NCBI GenBank assembly: GCA_028687915.1
Contig: JAQTZF010000001.1
Location: 290,634-354,633, forward strand
Direction: 5' to 3'
Source: Candidatus Daviesbacteria bacterium
GTDB taxonomy: Bacteria; Patescibacteriota; Microgenomatia; Daviesbacterales; UBA10151
Length of the DNA: 64,000 nucleotides
Shown here: in pieces, positions 38,251-47,055 of the stretch
Position numbering within the stretch: the first letter of the stretch is position 1
Layout: each line of letters opens with the position of its first letter
Made by a program: the position numbers and the translations under genes
Notes under the pieces: model-generated
Databases searched by the model: none
The model's input: only the letters and a program-made list of their open reading frames with translations
Told to the model about the DNA's origin: nothing

Positions 38251-38657
38251 TGATCACCACCTCCTTCTTCGTCAATTAAAGCAATGCAGTCGTTTGGGTA
38301 AATACAGATCATTTTCTTGAGGCTTCTGCCTCTGTCGTCTTGAATTTTCCAGCCGAAGAAGTAGAGCTTGATCCAGTCTTTTCGCCCTGCGAGTCTCACA
38401 TTGCGGTAAAAATGGATCAGGTCTGCTTTATTTTGGGGAATAAGAAGGCTGATGCCTTCGGGGTTTTTGTCCGAGACCATCTGGAATGATTCCAGTTGTG
38501 TTTGATCGATCTCTCTGAACTGATGAAAAATGCCAGTGTCGTCTTCGAACTGGCGGAGAATAGTGCCGTCTTTATAATGCGCCACCCATCGCCAGCGCTC
38601 GCGCTTGACGATTTCGGTTTTGCCTGTTTCTGGTCTGGTAAAAGTAAATGTTTGCAT
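38247..38657 (-). CDS. hypothetical phage protein
   Basis: WRWVAHYKDGTILRQF, LIHFYRN, YFFGW; overlaps next gene. Confidence 0.7.
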   Translation of the reverse strand: MQTFTFTRPETGKTEIVKRERWRWVAHYKDGTILRQFEDDTGIFHQFREIDQTQLESFQMVSDKNPEGISLLIPQNKADLIHFYRNVRLAGRKDWIKLYFFGWKIQDDRGRSLKKMICIYPNDCIALIDEEGGGDQ

Positions 38658-38685
38658 TGTATTGCTAGAAGGCGCATTGTATTGC
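38654..38685 (-). repeat. 12-bp direct repeat GCAATACAATGC at a translation start
   Basis: Copies at 38654-38665 and 38674-38685; the proximal copy contains the ATG. Confidence 0.75.
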
Positions 38686-38718
38686 GCTTTTTTCTTTTAA
38701 TTTCTCGATCCCTGGCTT

Positions 38719-39222
38719 TTATGCCACCTCGTCATACTGATAATTCAGTGTGCTGGTTGAGCCTGCCACATCGCCCGCGTCTGTTTGCATCTGATGCACT
38801 AAGTAGTCGGAATAACCAGCTGCTGTCAATTCGCCTGCGAGAGACCCTCCGATGCCTAAGTTTGCCGTTGCTGGCTCGCTTGATGGCATCACTTGGTCAG
38901 CTACTGTGGAGAGGTCATCTGTCGGGGTCGCGAAGGCTTCAGCGCCACCATATGAAGCTGTCCTGGCGTTGGTCTTGTGTGCTGCAGCGCCTCCTAGTGC
39001 GCCTGTTCTCCACACCTTCAAGTTGTGAATCTTTGACGATCCACCCATTGCCGTGACTTCCAGCTTCTGCCATTTCTCAAAGGAATTCTCCCCTGGGACG
39101 ATAGGGTTGGCGACTGGGTCGAGGTTGGCTTGATCGACACTACCCATATCGGTATCACCGATGTTCGTAGTCTCGGTTGCGCCAGCTCCGTTATATTCGT
39201 TTATTCTTACTGATGCTGCCAT
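38719..39222 (-). CDS. putative virion structural protein
   Basis: G/A/T-rich 167 aa, SFEKW, SDYLVHQ, YQYDE C-terminus. Confidence 0.65.
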   Translation of the reverse strand: MAASVRINEYNGAGATETTNIGDTDMGSVDQANLDPVANPIVPGENSFEKWQKLEVTAMGGSSKIHNLKVWRTGALGGAAAHKTNARTASYGGAEAFATPTDDLSTVADQVMPSSEPATANLGIGGSLAGELTAAGYSDYLVHQMQTDAGDVAGSTSTLNYQYDEVA

Positions 39223-39233
39223 AGTTTTTTTAT

Positions 39234-39512
39234 TTAATGTCGAGGAGGTCTAGCTCCTTTTTTTTCTGGGACATCGAGCTTGATGTTATATCTGGCGTTG
39301 GCTTTCATTCCGATCACACCCATGATCTTTCGAAGTGCCATGATCGTGCTGCCTGCCTTGCCAATCACTAAGCCCGCATCTTTTTCGTCAAGTTTGACTA
39401 AAAGAAGCACTCCCATCTCGTCGACTTTGCGCTCAACTGTCACTTTCTCTGGCTCGTCAACAAAGGCTTTTATGATTTGCTCTAATAATGTTGCGTCTGT
39501 GCTTTCTTGCAT
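39234..39512 (-). CDS. KhpA-like KH-domain RNA-binding protein
   Basis: IIKAFVDEPEKVTV...DEMGVLL...DAGLVIGKAGSTIMALR matches the KhpA/YlqC pattern; GxxG intact. Confidence 0.88.
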   Translation of the reverse strand: MQESTDATLLEQIIKAFVDEPEKVTVERKVDEMGVLLLVKLDEKDAGLVIGKAGSTIMALRKIMGVIGMKANARYNIKLDVPEKKGARPPRH

Positions 39513-39542
39513 TCTGTTTTCACCTCCTTTAGGTTTTTAATT

Positions 39543-40130
39543 TTATAAATCTGGTTCTAGTGTCAATATCAGCTGGGCTGCGTTGGCTGCCCCACTGTTA
39601 AAGTCATAGATATTTTCGTAATTGTTTGCTGGACTGCTGTTGTCCTCGATCACCAGCCCGATTGCCTTATTCGTGAATTCTGTCTGATCGATAATTTCCT
39701 GAATGATTGCCTTAATGTCAGGGCTTTCATACCAGGTGTTTTGCACCCAGTCTGCTCCAGGAATCCAGGCTACTGTCGCTGTCGTTTTCGGTTGCTGTGA
39801 TGGTCGGTGAGTGGCGTCGAAACTCAAGGTGCTGGTTTGCTTAATCCCTTTGATGATCAGGTTGGGTCGCTTGGTTGAATTGACGGCTGATTTCACTCTC
39901 AACTTGGCACTGGTGATCTTCACATTGTTGGGGAGTAGAGGTCTTAAGAACCTGAACCCTGCATCGTTGCTGCCAGTATTGTCATTACCCATCGAAATCT
40001 GGTTACTTCCGTAACCATTCGGGTAGAAAGTTGTGTCGTAGTCTTCCTCGCCGTCATCTGAGTTGACGATGATTCTGAGCTTCGAAAACATCCTTCTTAT
40101 GTTGACTAGCGATGGTTTGAATTTAGACAT
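39543..40130 (-). CDS. stand-alone paralog of the repeated domain in 35662-38250
   Basis: Shares DDGEEDY, YPNGY, AVNSTKRP, PGADW, WYESPDIK, AIGLVIE, NNYE. Confidence 0.8.
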   Translation of the reverse strand: MSKFKPSLVNIRRMFSKLRIIVNSDDGEEDYDTTFYPNGYGSNQISMGNDNTGSNDAGFRFLRPLLPNNVKITSAKLRVKSAVNSTKRPNLIIKGIKQTSTLSFDATHRPSQQPKTTATVAWIPGADWVQNTWYESPDIKAIIQEIIDQTEFTNKAIGLVIEDNSSPANNYENIYDFNSGAANAAQLILTLEPDL

Positions 40131-40136
40131 AGTTTT

Positions 40137-40427
40137 TTATTGCTCTGCTATAATTTCGACGACCTGCGCTGCGACGCTAGAACTTAGGACGACCTGGGTC
40201 GTGCCTTTGATTCGCAGACTCACGCTATCTCCTGGATTATCCAGGGTGAATGGCGCTGCCTTGCTCGTTGCGTCGTCATGAGCGACTAAAATCGCGCCAG
40301 TGTTTCCTGCTTTCGACTTGATAACCACTTCGCATCCCTCACCGACGGACATTTCAGGCAATGGATACCATGTGCCTGCGTTAGTCAGCGTTAAATTAGC
40401 TGTAGTAAATAAAGGTCTACTGTTCAT
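40137..40427 (-). CDS. small beta-rich virion protein
   Basis: KSKAGNTGAILV, FTLDNPGDSVSL; in structural operon. Confidence 0.6.
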   Translation of the reverse strand: MNSRPLFTTANLTLTNAGTWYPLPEMSVGEGCEVVIKSKAGNTGAILVAHDDATSKAAPFTLDNPGDSVSLRIKGTTQVVLSSSVAAQVVEIIAEQ

Positions 40428-40443
40428 ATTTTTTTAAGCCTTA

Positions 40444-41040
40444 TTAAAATTTCGGCTGATCAGCTGTGCTTCTGATTCCTGAGACTGCTTTTGGCTTATC
40501 CGAATCTTCAGCTTGTCCTTTGGCTGCCATCTCTTTCTTAGTTACCGCTGCTTCTCTGGCTGCGAGTTCTTTCTCGCGCTGCTCAAGGTCTTTATACTGC
40601 GCTGCAATCAATTCATTGCTGGCTTTACCTTGATCTTTTCTGTTGATCTTAGTGAAAGCATTGCCGTTGTTGGCGTGGTTATCTAGGAACTCGATCTCAT
40701 CTGGATCGCTGGTTCGGTAGACACCCTCATGAAATTGGATCGAAGACCCTGGGACTGTGATAATTCTGCCGTTCACCTCTTTGGTGTAGGACGACCTATT
40801 CACCAGTCGCAATTCGAGATACTTCGAGATATAGACTTCTTGCTGCGGTTTTTCGCTTTTGGCTGATTTCTCAGTTTTTGGTTTGTCTTTAGGCATATTT
40901 TCACCCCCTTCCTGGGCTTCCTTAAGACGAGCGATTAACTCGTCCTTTTTCCCATCTTTCGGCACGCCGAGTTTCTTGGCTTCCGCCCAGAGTTCTGGCA
41001 TAGACATTTCTTCTAATGTTTTATTTTCTGTGTCGCTCAT
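40444..41040 (-). CDS. SAP/HeH-like domain protein after major capsid gene
   Basis: LEEMSMPELWAEAKKLGVPKDGKKDELIARL; IQFHEGVYRTSDPDEIEFL. Confidence 0.7.
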   Translation of the reverse strand: MSDTENKTLEEMSMPELWAEAKKLGVPKDGKKDELIARLKEAQEGGENMPKDKPKTEKSAKSEKPQQEVYISKYLELRLVNRSSYTKEVNGRIITVPGSSIQFHEGVYRTSDPDEIEFLDNHANNGNAFTKINRKDQGKASNELIAAQYKDLEQREKELAAREAAVTKKEMAAKGQAEDSDKPKAVSGIRSTADQPKF

Positions 41041-41124
41041 CTTTTGTCACCTTCTTTCATTTTTTAATTTATAATTTCGATTTTCCTTTTTAAGGTTGCC
41101 AGAGTGATTACGCTCACCCCTGGC

Positions 41125-41187
41125 TTAAGCGACTGCACTGAGTAATAAAGTGTGCAATGACTTCAGTTTTCGAATCCTTTTAGGCAT
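41125..41187 (-). CDS. 20-aa small ORF MPKRIRKLKSLHTLLLSAVA
   Basis: GAAAGGA SD-like site; lies between MCP and SAP gene, followed by a hairpin. Confidence 0.35.
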   Translation of the reverse strand: MPKRIRKLKSLHTLLLSAVA

Positions 41188-41209
41188 AGCTTTCCTTTCA
41201 ATTTTTAAC

Positions 41210-42397
41210 TTAGAGTGCGCCCATGCTCATGATGGCGTGACGACTCGTTTGTTCCATTTGCAATCCAACTTCGCTCAAATACTCATCGACCTGGCTATCT
41301 TCTCCATTCGCCTGACGATTGGTCAGGAGTTTGGTGTCTCGGTTACTGAGGTAGCGGTAGGTCAGACATTCCATATCAAGTCCGATGGCGTAGTTCCCAT
41401 AGGTCGTTCCAGTCAATAGCGGATGCTTGATGATATGCACTGTGCCGTGTGGCGAGTTGTAAGTCACAATCCTAAGCCCGTAGGCTTTGTCTGCTGCCAT
41501 TACTTGGAGTTTCCCTTTCGCCCATCCATTGATCATCGAGACCACTGCTGCCGATGAGAAAAGATACTTCTCTGAATTTCCGTGTGCGAACAAGCTCTCC
41601 AACCATGTCTCAAACTCTGCTTCCGTGTCTACATTCGCGGTAGAGTAGGTAGTTATCCTGCTCAAAATACCTGCTGTGAAGCGTTTCGGATGCGTTCCAC
41701 TGGTTACGATTCCTCTCTTTCCGAATAAGAATGCTCGCTCAATATCGATCATGTGTTCGATACCTTTCTTGCGTCTCTGATAGTCAAAGTCATTTTCCTT
41801 CGTCCACATCTTGCTGTTCTTGGCTGTTTCAGTGATACCGATTGGCGTTCTGAAGATTTGGGCATATCCGTAGACTTCTGCTGCTAGGGTCGACTTGATG
41901 GCTCTCAAGGTCGCACCTTCCTCATTCACATTTCCGATCAACCAAACATCGCCTGCTGCGGATGCAGCTGCGCCTGTTGCCCCTCCTAACTCTGCTCCTA
42001 CCACGACTGTATCGACATCGGTTACCGATTGCACTTCAAATACCCATTTCTGCGCTGCGACCATGATCACATCTCCTGCCTGGAGATACTGAGTTTGTGC
42101 TGTCAAGGTCAAGTTGCCTCCGTCTGGGTCGACATTTCCTGAACCTGTGAGTTGTCTCTTTCCGAATTCGTCTTCAAACCACTTAAATTGAGGATCGATT
42201 GTCTCGACCTTTTTCATGGCTTTGCCCTGTTTCGTCACTGGGTCTTTCCCCGCGTTGGTCAATATCGCTAAAAGCGGATACTGATTGACATCCAAAAGCG
42301 AAATGACATCTGCGACATCGTATTTACGAGTCGGCATTGCCGTCGCTGACGCTGGTGCTGTGTTTGTTCCTCTGATTCCTGTTGCTGATGCTGACAT
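41210..42397 (-). CDS. major capsid protein (DUF5309/SU10-like)
   Basis: P..P.FKWFED, EEGA, AQIFRT, EH..DIERAFLFG, R.TAGI, YLSEVGL; follows scaffold. Confidence 0.85.
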   Translation of the reverse strand: MSASATGIRGTNTAPASATAMPTRKYDVADVISLLDVNQYPLLAILTNAGKDPVTKQGKAMKKVETIDPQFKWFEDEFGKRQLTGSGNVDPDGGNLTLTAQTQYLQAGDVIMVAAQKWVFEVQSVTDVDTVVVGAELGGATGAAASAAGDVWLIGNVNEEGATLRAIKSTLAAEVYGYAQIFRTPIGITETAKNSKMWTKENDFDYQRRKKGIEHMIDIERAFLFGKRGIVTSGTHPKRFTAGILSRITTYSTANVDTEAEFETWLESLFAHGNSEKYLFSSAAVVSMINGWAKGKLQVMAADKAYGLRIVTYNSPHGTVHIIKHPLLTGTTYGNYAIGLDMECLTYRYLSNRDTKLLTNRQANGEDSQVDEYLSEVGLQMEQTSRHAIMSMGAL

Positions 42398-42444
42398 ATA
42401 TTTTTTTCACCCCCTTTCTTTTTTAATAACTATAGGGGGGGTTA

Positions 42445-43287
42445 TTAAATTCCTAACCCTCCTAGAGGGCTGTTTTGACCGCTACCTCCGAGAGCTTTCT
42501 GGATGCGTTGTGATTCGGCATCCGAGCCGTCGGGTTTAGTCGGAGCGCCCGCTCCGCTCTCCACTTGAGCCTTTGCTTTTTTGAGGCGGCTCTTTTCCTC
42601 ATCTGATAATTGTTCAGATTCACCTTCACCCTTGCCCTTGTTTTTGCCTAAGAAGGCATCAACTTGAAGGCAAGCGTCTTTGAGAGGTATGACAGTGCCT
42701 TTGGCACTGGCTGCCTCGATAATGGCTAATACCATTTTTCTGTAATCGGGATCGCCGAGATTGTGTTCTTTCTTTGCGTCAGCGATCTCTTTGCGAACTG
42801 CACTTTGCACTTTGCTCTGACTCTCTATGGTCTTTTTGACCCCTTCGTCGATTCGAGAGAGAACCCATTTTGCAAAATCGGATGGTGTCATTTTCTGCAG
42901 TTCTTCGGCTGTTGGGACAGTGAGTTCGTCTTCTTCCTTATCTTTGTTTTTATCCTTATCGTCGCCCTCGTCGTCTTTACCTTTGCCCTTCGCAGCATCG
43001 GCGTTTGCCTTGCGCTGGTCTTTGAGCATTTTGATGACTTCTTCGCGGGATTTACCTTTGAATTCGTCCTCCTCGCCTTCGTCAGAACCCTCACCCTCAC
43101 CCTCGCCTTCACCTTCGCCGTTTTCGTTTTCTTCCTGACCCTCGCCCTCACCACCCTTATTTTCTTCTTCGCCTTCCTTGCCTTTGTTCTCGTCCTCATT
43201 TTCACCACCCTCATCCGCGCCCTCATCAGGCTCGTTTAAGAGTTTCTCTAATTCTGTTTGTTCTTCTTTGTTTTTATCTTCTGGCAT
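42445..43287 (-). CDS. capsid scaffolding protein
   Basis: Very acidic E/G/N N-terminus, coiled coil, directly upstream of MCP. Confidence 0.75.
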   Translation of the reverse strand: MPEDKNKEEQTELEKLLNEPDEGADEGGENEDENKGKEGEEENKGGEGEGQEENENGEGEGEGEGEGSDEGEEDEFKGKSREEVIKMLKDQRKANADAAKGKGKDDEGDDKDKNKDKEEDELTVPTAEELQKMTPSDFAKWVLSRIDEGVKKTIESQSKVQSAVRKEIADAKKEHNLGDPDYRKMVLAIIEAASAKGTVIPLKDACLQVDAFLGKNKGKGEGESEQLSDEEKSRLKKAKAQVESGAGAPTKPDGSDAESQRIQKALGGSGQNSPLGGLGI

Positions 43288-43298
43288 AGTTTTTTACC

Positions 43299-43514
43299 TC
43301 ATTTTGATAACTGTTTGCTAAATTCTTTTGACCTAGTTATCGATACTTTGCAGACCTTGATGGCTGCAGTCTTTTTGTCTTCTCCAGCTTTCGGCTTAAA
43401 ATCTGGGTCTGCCATTAAGCGCTTCACACAGGCATCGATGCTGGCATCGACTTTTTGCCCTGTCTTTGTGCCTTCCTCCCATTTTTTTGTTTTACCTTTT
43501 ATTCCGAATGGCAT
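43299..43514 (-). CDS. hypothetical protein
   Basis: IDACVKRLM...AAIKVC; in head operon. Confidence 0.65.
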   Translation of the reverse strand: MPFGIKGKTKKWEEGTKTGQKVDASIDACVKRLMADPDFKPKAGEDKKTAAIKVCKVSITRSKEFSKQLSK

Positions 43515-43520
43515 AGTTTT

Positions 43521-43841
43521 TTATTCTTCGGCGGTGTCGGAGGGGAGAGCAATGCCTCCCTCGTTCTCACCGAGACCTCCTAATTTGATCTCGCCGTCAA
43601 GGACTCCCTGTAGAACTTCTACTAAGTCCTTGAGTGCAGTATCAAAACTAACTAACTTTTCGTCTTTGTTAGCGTCCCAACCTCCGCAGTAGGCTTGCCT
43701 GGCTGCTGATACGGCATCTTCGACAATGTGCCATTTCTTGCGTCTGTCTTCTTTTGCCTGGTCTTTCTTAAACTTGGCAAGCACCACATTGTCGGTGGTG
43801 TTTTTTTCCTCTGGTTTTTTATTTTTGTTTTCGTCTGCCAT
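43521..43841 (-). CDS. hypothetical protein
   Basis: 106 aa; C-terminal LGGLG motif also in neighbours. Confidence 0.6.
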   Translation of the reverse strand: MADENKNKKPEEKNTTDNVVLAKFKKDQAKEDRRKKWHIVEDAVSAARQAYCGGWDANKDEKLVSFDTALKDLVEVLQGVLDGEIKLGGLGENEGGIALPSDTAEE

Positions 43842-43845
43842 ATTT

Positions 43846-44100
43846 TTATTGATTCCTGACGGCTTCGGCTGCTTCGACTTTTTCTTTCTGTGCAGTCTCT
43901 ACCATGCTTAGAACTTTGTTATAAGCCTTGATCGCTCCTCGGTGTTCTTTTATTTCGTTGTCGGGACAGTCGAGGAGGTCGTCTGTCTCGATCTTTGCTT
44001 CTGCTTCGATCTGACTTTTAATGATCTGCCAGCCTTCTGTCTGGGTCATTTCCCAGACTCGCTGTCCTTGCTCTAGTTTTTCCTCATTCGTTTTGCTCAT
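43846..44100 (-). CDS. hypothetical portal-adjacent protein
   Basis: MTQTEGWQII...RGAIKAY pattern typical of small genes after podoviral portals. Confidence 0.65.
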   Translation of the reverse strand: MSKTNEEKLEQGQRVWEMTQTEGWQIIKSQIEAEAKIETDDLLDCPDNEIKEHRGAIKAYNKVLSMVETAQKEKVEAAEAVRNQ

Positions 44101-44105
44101 AGCGT

Positions 44106-44405
44106 TTAAGCTGCTGGCGCTTCTTCAGGCGCTGGCGTTGCTGGCAATTCCATTTCTGGCTGCCCTTGTCCTAGTCCACCCATTCCTTGCGTCTCGGCGT
44201 TTTTAATATCGGTCAGCGTTGCTGTCAAACTATCCAGAACATTCACTAAGGTCGCGCCCTTTGTGAGGTAAGCTGTCTTCGCTGCGGTATAAACCGCCTC
44301 GATCTTCGCCCAGGTTGCCTGTTTATTTTCAACAGGTGCTTTCTTCAAGCTCGCCTGTGGCGTTGCTGGTGCTTGAGCCTCTGGTTGTGTGTTAATGTCT
44401 GGCAT
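44106..44405 (-). CDS. hypothetical protein
   Basis: Likely start MPDINTQ at 44405 after AAAACT. Confidence 0.6.
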   Translation of the reverse strand: MPDINTQPEAQAPATPQASLKKAPVENKQATWAKIEAVYTAAKTAYLTKGATLVNVLDSLTATLTDIKNAETQGMGGLGQGQPEMELPATPAPEEAPAA

Positions 44406-44409
44406 AGTT

Positions 44410-44811
44410 TTATACGACTGGGAATGGCTTCTGGGCATTCCACAAAATTGCTCCAATAAATATCTCAGCTGATGGTGTTGCTCCTGGTGTCGTCATGGTT
44501 ACGACAGCTCTCAGGTATCTCTTGGTTCTCTCGATCTCCATTTTGTAGGAAGTATCTTGGGCGACAGTGATCTCCGCTCCGCCTGGAGCTACAGTGTTTC
44601 CTGTTGCAAAGGTTGAGCTGTCTGATTCTTCAATTTTTACTTTGGTGGTAGCTTGTGAGCCTAGATTTCCGATTTCTACATTTACGAGAGCGGTGTCGAA
44701 GTGAGAGCCTACATTTTCCTGGGTATCGACTGCAGAGCCGTTTGCTGAATCAGCAAGAGTCTGAACGGGGAGAAGTTGTTTGATTTGAATGTTTTGTCCT
44801 AGTGATTTCAT
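44410..44811 (-). CDS. putative head decoration/cement protein
   Basis: ANGSAVDT...KIEESD...KRYLRAVVT; AGGAGGTG SD. Confidence 0.6.
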   Translation of the reverse strand: MKSLGQNIQIKQLLPVQTLADSANGSAVDTQENVGSHFDTALVNVEIGNLGSQATTKVKIEESDSSTFATGNTVAPGGAEITVAQDTSYKMEIERTKRYLRAVVTMTTPGATPSAEIFIGAILWNAQKPFPVV

Positions 44812-44831
44812 ATTTTTATTCACCTCCTAAG

Positions 44832-44965
44832 CCAACAAAAAAGGGGCTGCAACTTCTAAACACACGCATCTGCGTATATTCAGAAGTCACAGCCCCGATA
44901 AATTCGTTAGGCTTTTTCTTCTACTTAACTATTTCATTGTAATAAAGTCCTTGACCCTTTGTCAA
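44832..44965 (-). promoter_or_regulatory. promoter + conserved box + intrinsic terminator leader, copy 1
   Basis: TTGACA-N18-TACAAT, GCCTAACGAATTTATC, ~25-bp stem GGGGCT...AGCCCC with G-U pairs, TTTTTT. Confidence 0.85.
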
Positions 44966-44970
44966 GTGAT

Positions 44971-46839
44971 TTATTGTCCCAGCATTTTTCCGAGCAGGGG
45001 AATCTGCCTGAGAAGCGCTCTCATCCCTCCGTTGCCGTTTGCTGCTGGATTGGCTGGTGCTGGTGCAGGTGCTGGCAATGCTCCAGTTGGTGGTGTTGCA
45101 GCTGCAGGTTCTTCTTTGCCTGCCTCTTGCGCTTCGTCATCCTCTCCGAGTAAAAGCTCGATATAAGAATCAAGGTCTAATTCTTCCAGGAGCATCGTCT
45201 GCAGCGTTCTCTTTCTCTTGAGCCAGCGTTTTACTTCCTCTGCATTCTGCGGATCGGGTTTGTCCTGGGCAATGAGCTTGTCGTAGAGCATTAAAATTTG
45301 ATTGATCCTGGCTGTTTGATCAGGAGGAATGACTGGATCGACTTCGACGATGGCGTCGACTTTTACCTTTTTGTCGCTGTTCTTAAATTCCTTGAATTCA
45401 ACCTCCTCACCGACGACGCGGTAGAGTTTGTCCTCACTGATAAATTCGCGGTTCATGTCGATCAGGATGTTTGCCACTAAGGTGAGAGCGATGGCGATAT
45501 TGTTGGCGTTCATGCTCAGGCGCAGGTTGCTCTGACCGAGTAGGGTTGCCACCTTGCCGAGAGGTTCTTGAGCGCTCTGTGGCATGCCTTGCATGTATTC
45601 GCCCATTGCCAGGGTGCGGGAGATTTCGTCGCGCATCATCTTGTCTTCATTGATACCCATGAGGCTGATTTCAGGCGGTCTCTCGATTGCAGCGTCATCC
45701 AATTTTCTCAATTCCCAAACTGCTCCAGGAGCAAAGACAATATCGTTTTTGGTGATGCCAGAGTCTTTGCGGATTTTAACCACAGGATCGAGCATCATAA
45801 TAACATCGTCCATGCGCTGATTGCGAAGGTCGGCGATCTCCAGGATCGTGGTTTCGACTGGTTCGATGTGTCCTGTTGCCCAGAATTCCCAAAGGAGTGG
45901 CATGTCAGGCAGATCGACGAAGATGCGCCCGCCATTGATTGCAAGATAAGGATTCTCATCGTCGCGAGTGAGTATTTCCTGGTTCATAATGACGACCAGT
46001 TTGTCTTCTTCCCAGTCCCAGCATTCCCAGATTTCAACTTGCTTCTCACCATCAGCTTTTTCAGGTAGGATTTTGCTCTCTCCAGATTCGTTTTCTTTTT
46101 CGCCTCCGCCCATCTGTGCCATTTTCTTGGCGTTGATTTCGTAGCGCTCTTTCTTCCAGTCCTCGACAGACTTATCCTCTACAAACTCCAGATTCTTATA
46201 AATCGTATTCTCACCCCTGGCTTTTTCTTCCTTCTCAATTTTTGCTTTCTTTTTGACAATGCGGTGAATCAACCAGGGACAGTCTTCTTGCAGGTCAGTG
46301 GTTTCAGGAGCGGGGAGAATATCCCACAGGTCGGTGAGGCTCATGCTGGGGTCGTCGTAGATTGTGCTGACTTTGCCTTCGCCATCGGTTGTCGTCAAAA
46401 TCTTCCATGCCAATTTGACGATGCCGTTGCCATAGAGAGTGGATGCTTCAATCCAGTTCGGGAGTTTCTTTGCCAGCTCGATAATGTCGAAATCATAATT
46501 CACCAGATCATCCCAGGAATTAAGAGAGGGAGATTTAAGATCAGCTTTTTCTCTAGGCAGGATTCTGGTTTTGCGCTTTGCTGTTGCCAACCTGGAAACC
46601 ACAGTCTTGACGATTTCGAAGGCAATCGGAGGCATCAAGCGGGTGTTATATGCGTAGTTGACCTTGCTCTGATAAGCACGAAACAACTGATAAAGCCTCA
46701 ACCATTTTGACTGGTAAGGATCGCGAAATTCTTTTGCTCTTTTGAACCTCTTTTTCCATTTCTCGATCAGTGTTGTGTCTGCTTCCGTTGGTTCATAGCG
46801 CCCAGATTGTGTGATTTTTTCTTCTTTTACTTCTGGCAT
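44971..46839 (-). CDS. portal protein (P22/SU10-like)
   Basis: 622 aa; W.R.Y..FR, YGNGIVK..W, IWECW, RNQRMD.V; upstream of head genes. Confidence 0.85.
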   Translation of the reverse strand: MPEVKEEKITQSGRYEPTEADTTLIEKWKKRFKRAKEFRDPYQSKWLRLYQLFRAYQSKVNYAYNTRLMPPIAFEIVKTVVSRLATAKRKTRILPREKADLKSPSLNSWDDLVNYDFDIIELAKKLPNWIEASTLYGNGIVKLAWKILTTTDGEGKVSTIYDDPSMSLTDLWDILPAPETTDLQEDCPWLIHRIVKKKAKIEKEEKARGENTIYKNLEFVEDKSVEDWKKERYEINAKKMAQMGGGEKENESGESKILPEKADGEKQVEIWECWDWEEDKLVVIMNQEILTRDDENPYLAINGGRIFVDLPDMPLLWEFWATGHIEPVETTILEIADLRNQRMDDVIMMLDPVVKIRKDSGITKNDIVFAPGAVWELRKLDDAAIERPPEISLMGINEDKMMRDEISRTLAMGEYMQGMPQSAQEPLGKVATLLGQSNLRLSMNANNIAIALTLVANILIDMNREFISEDKLYRVVGEEVEFKEFKNSDKKVKVDAIVEVDPVIPPDQTARINQILMLYDKLIAQDKPDPQNAEEVKRWLKRKRTLQTMLLEELDLDSYIELLLGEDDEAQEAGKEEPAAATPPTGALPAPAPAPANPAANGNGGMRALLRQIPLLGKMLGQ

Positions 46840-46849
46840 ATGATTTTTT

Positions 46850-46970
46850 CCAACAAAAAAGGGGCTTAGGTTTTCCTACTCTTTCGAATAGAGAAACCTA
46901 AGCCCCGATAAATTCGTTAGGCGGTTACTTTACTAAATCCATTCTAACAAAGATCAAACAAAAAATGCAA
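46850..46970 (-). promoter_or_regulatory. promoter + conserved box + intrinsic terminator leader, copy 2
   Basis: TTGCAT-N18-TAGAAT, GCCTAACGAATTTATC, stem GGGGCTTAGGTTT...AAACCTAAGCCCC with GAAA loop, TTTTTT. Confidence 0.85.
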
Positions 46971-47004
46971 GTGGTTTTAACGAGAGACCAGTTTTTGCTT
47001 TATG

Positions 47005-47028
47005 CTGGGTAGAAGTGATTCTACCCAG
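47005..47028. repeat. perfect inverted repeat CTGGGTAGAA-GTGA-TTCTACCCAG
   Basis: 10-bp stem downstream of the cargo operon; no U-tract directly 3' of it on either strand. Confidence 0.6.
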
Positions 47029-47055
47029 AGAAAAGAAAAAACAAGCGCTTGCTTT

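Noticed and set aside
35662-40130. Paralogous domains as a DGR template/variable repeat pair
   Set aside because: No reverse transcriptase; differences are not adenine-specific and similarity is mainly at protein level
42434-42441. G-run between scaffold and MCP as a phase-variable tract
   Set aside because: Short, intergenic, and no evidence of length variation from one sequence
44832-46922. Repeated 22-mer and 17-mer as a CRISPR array
   Set aside because: Only two copies 2 kb apart, the intervening sequence is self-complementary, and no cas genes are present
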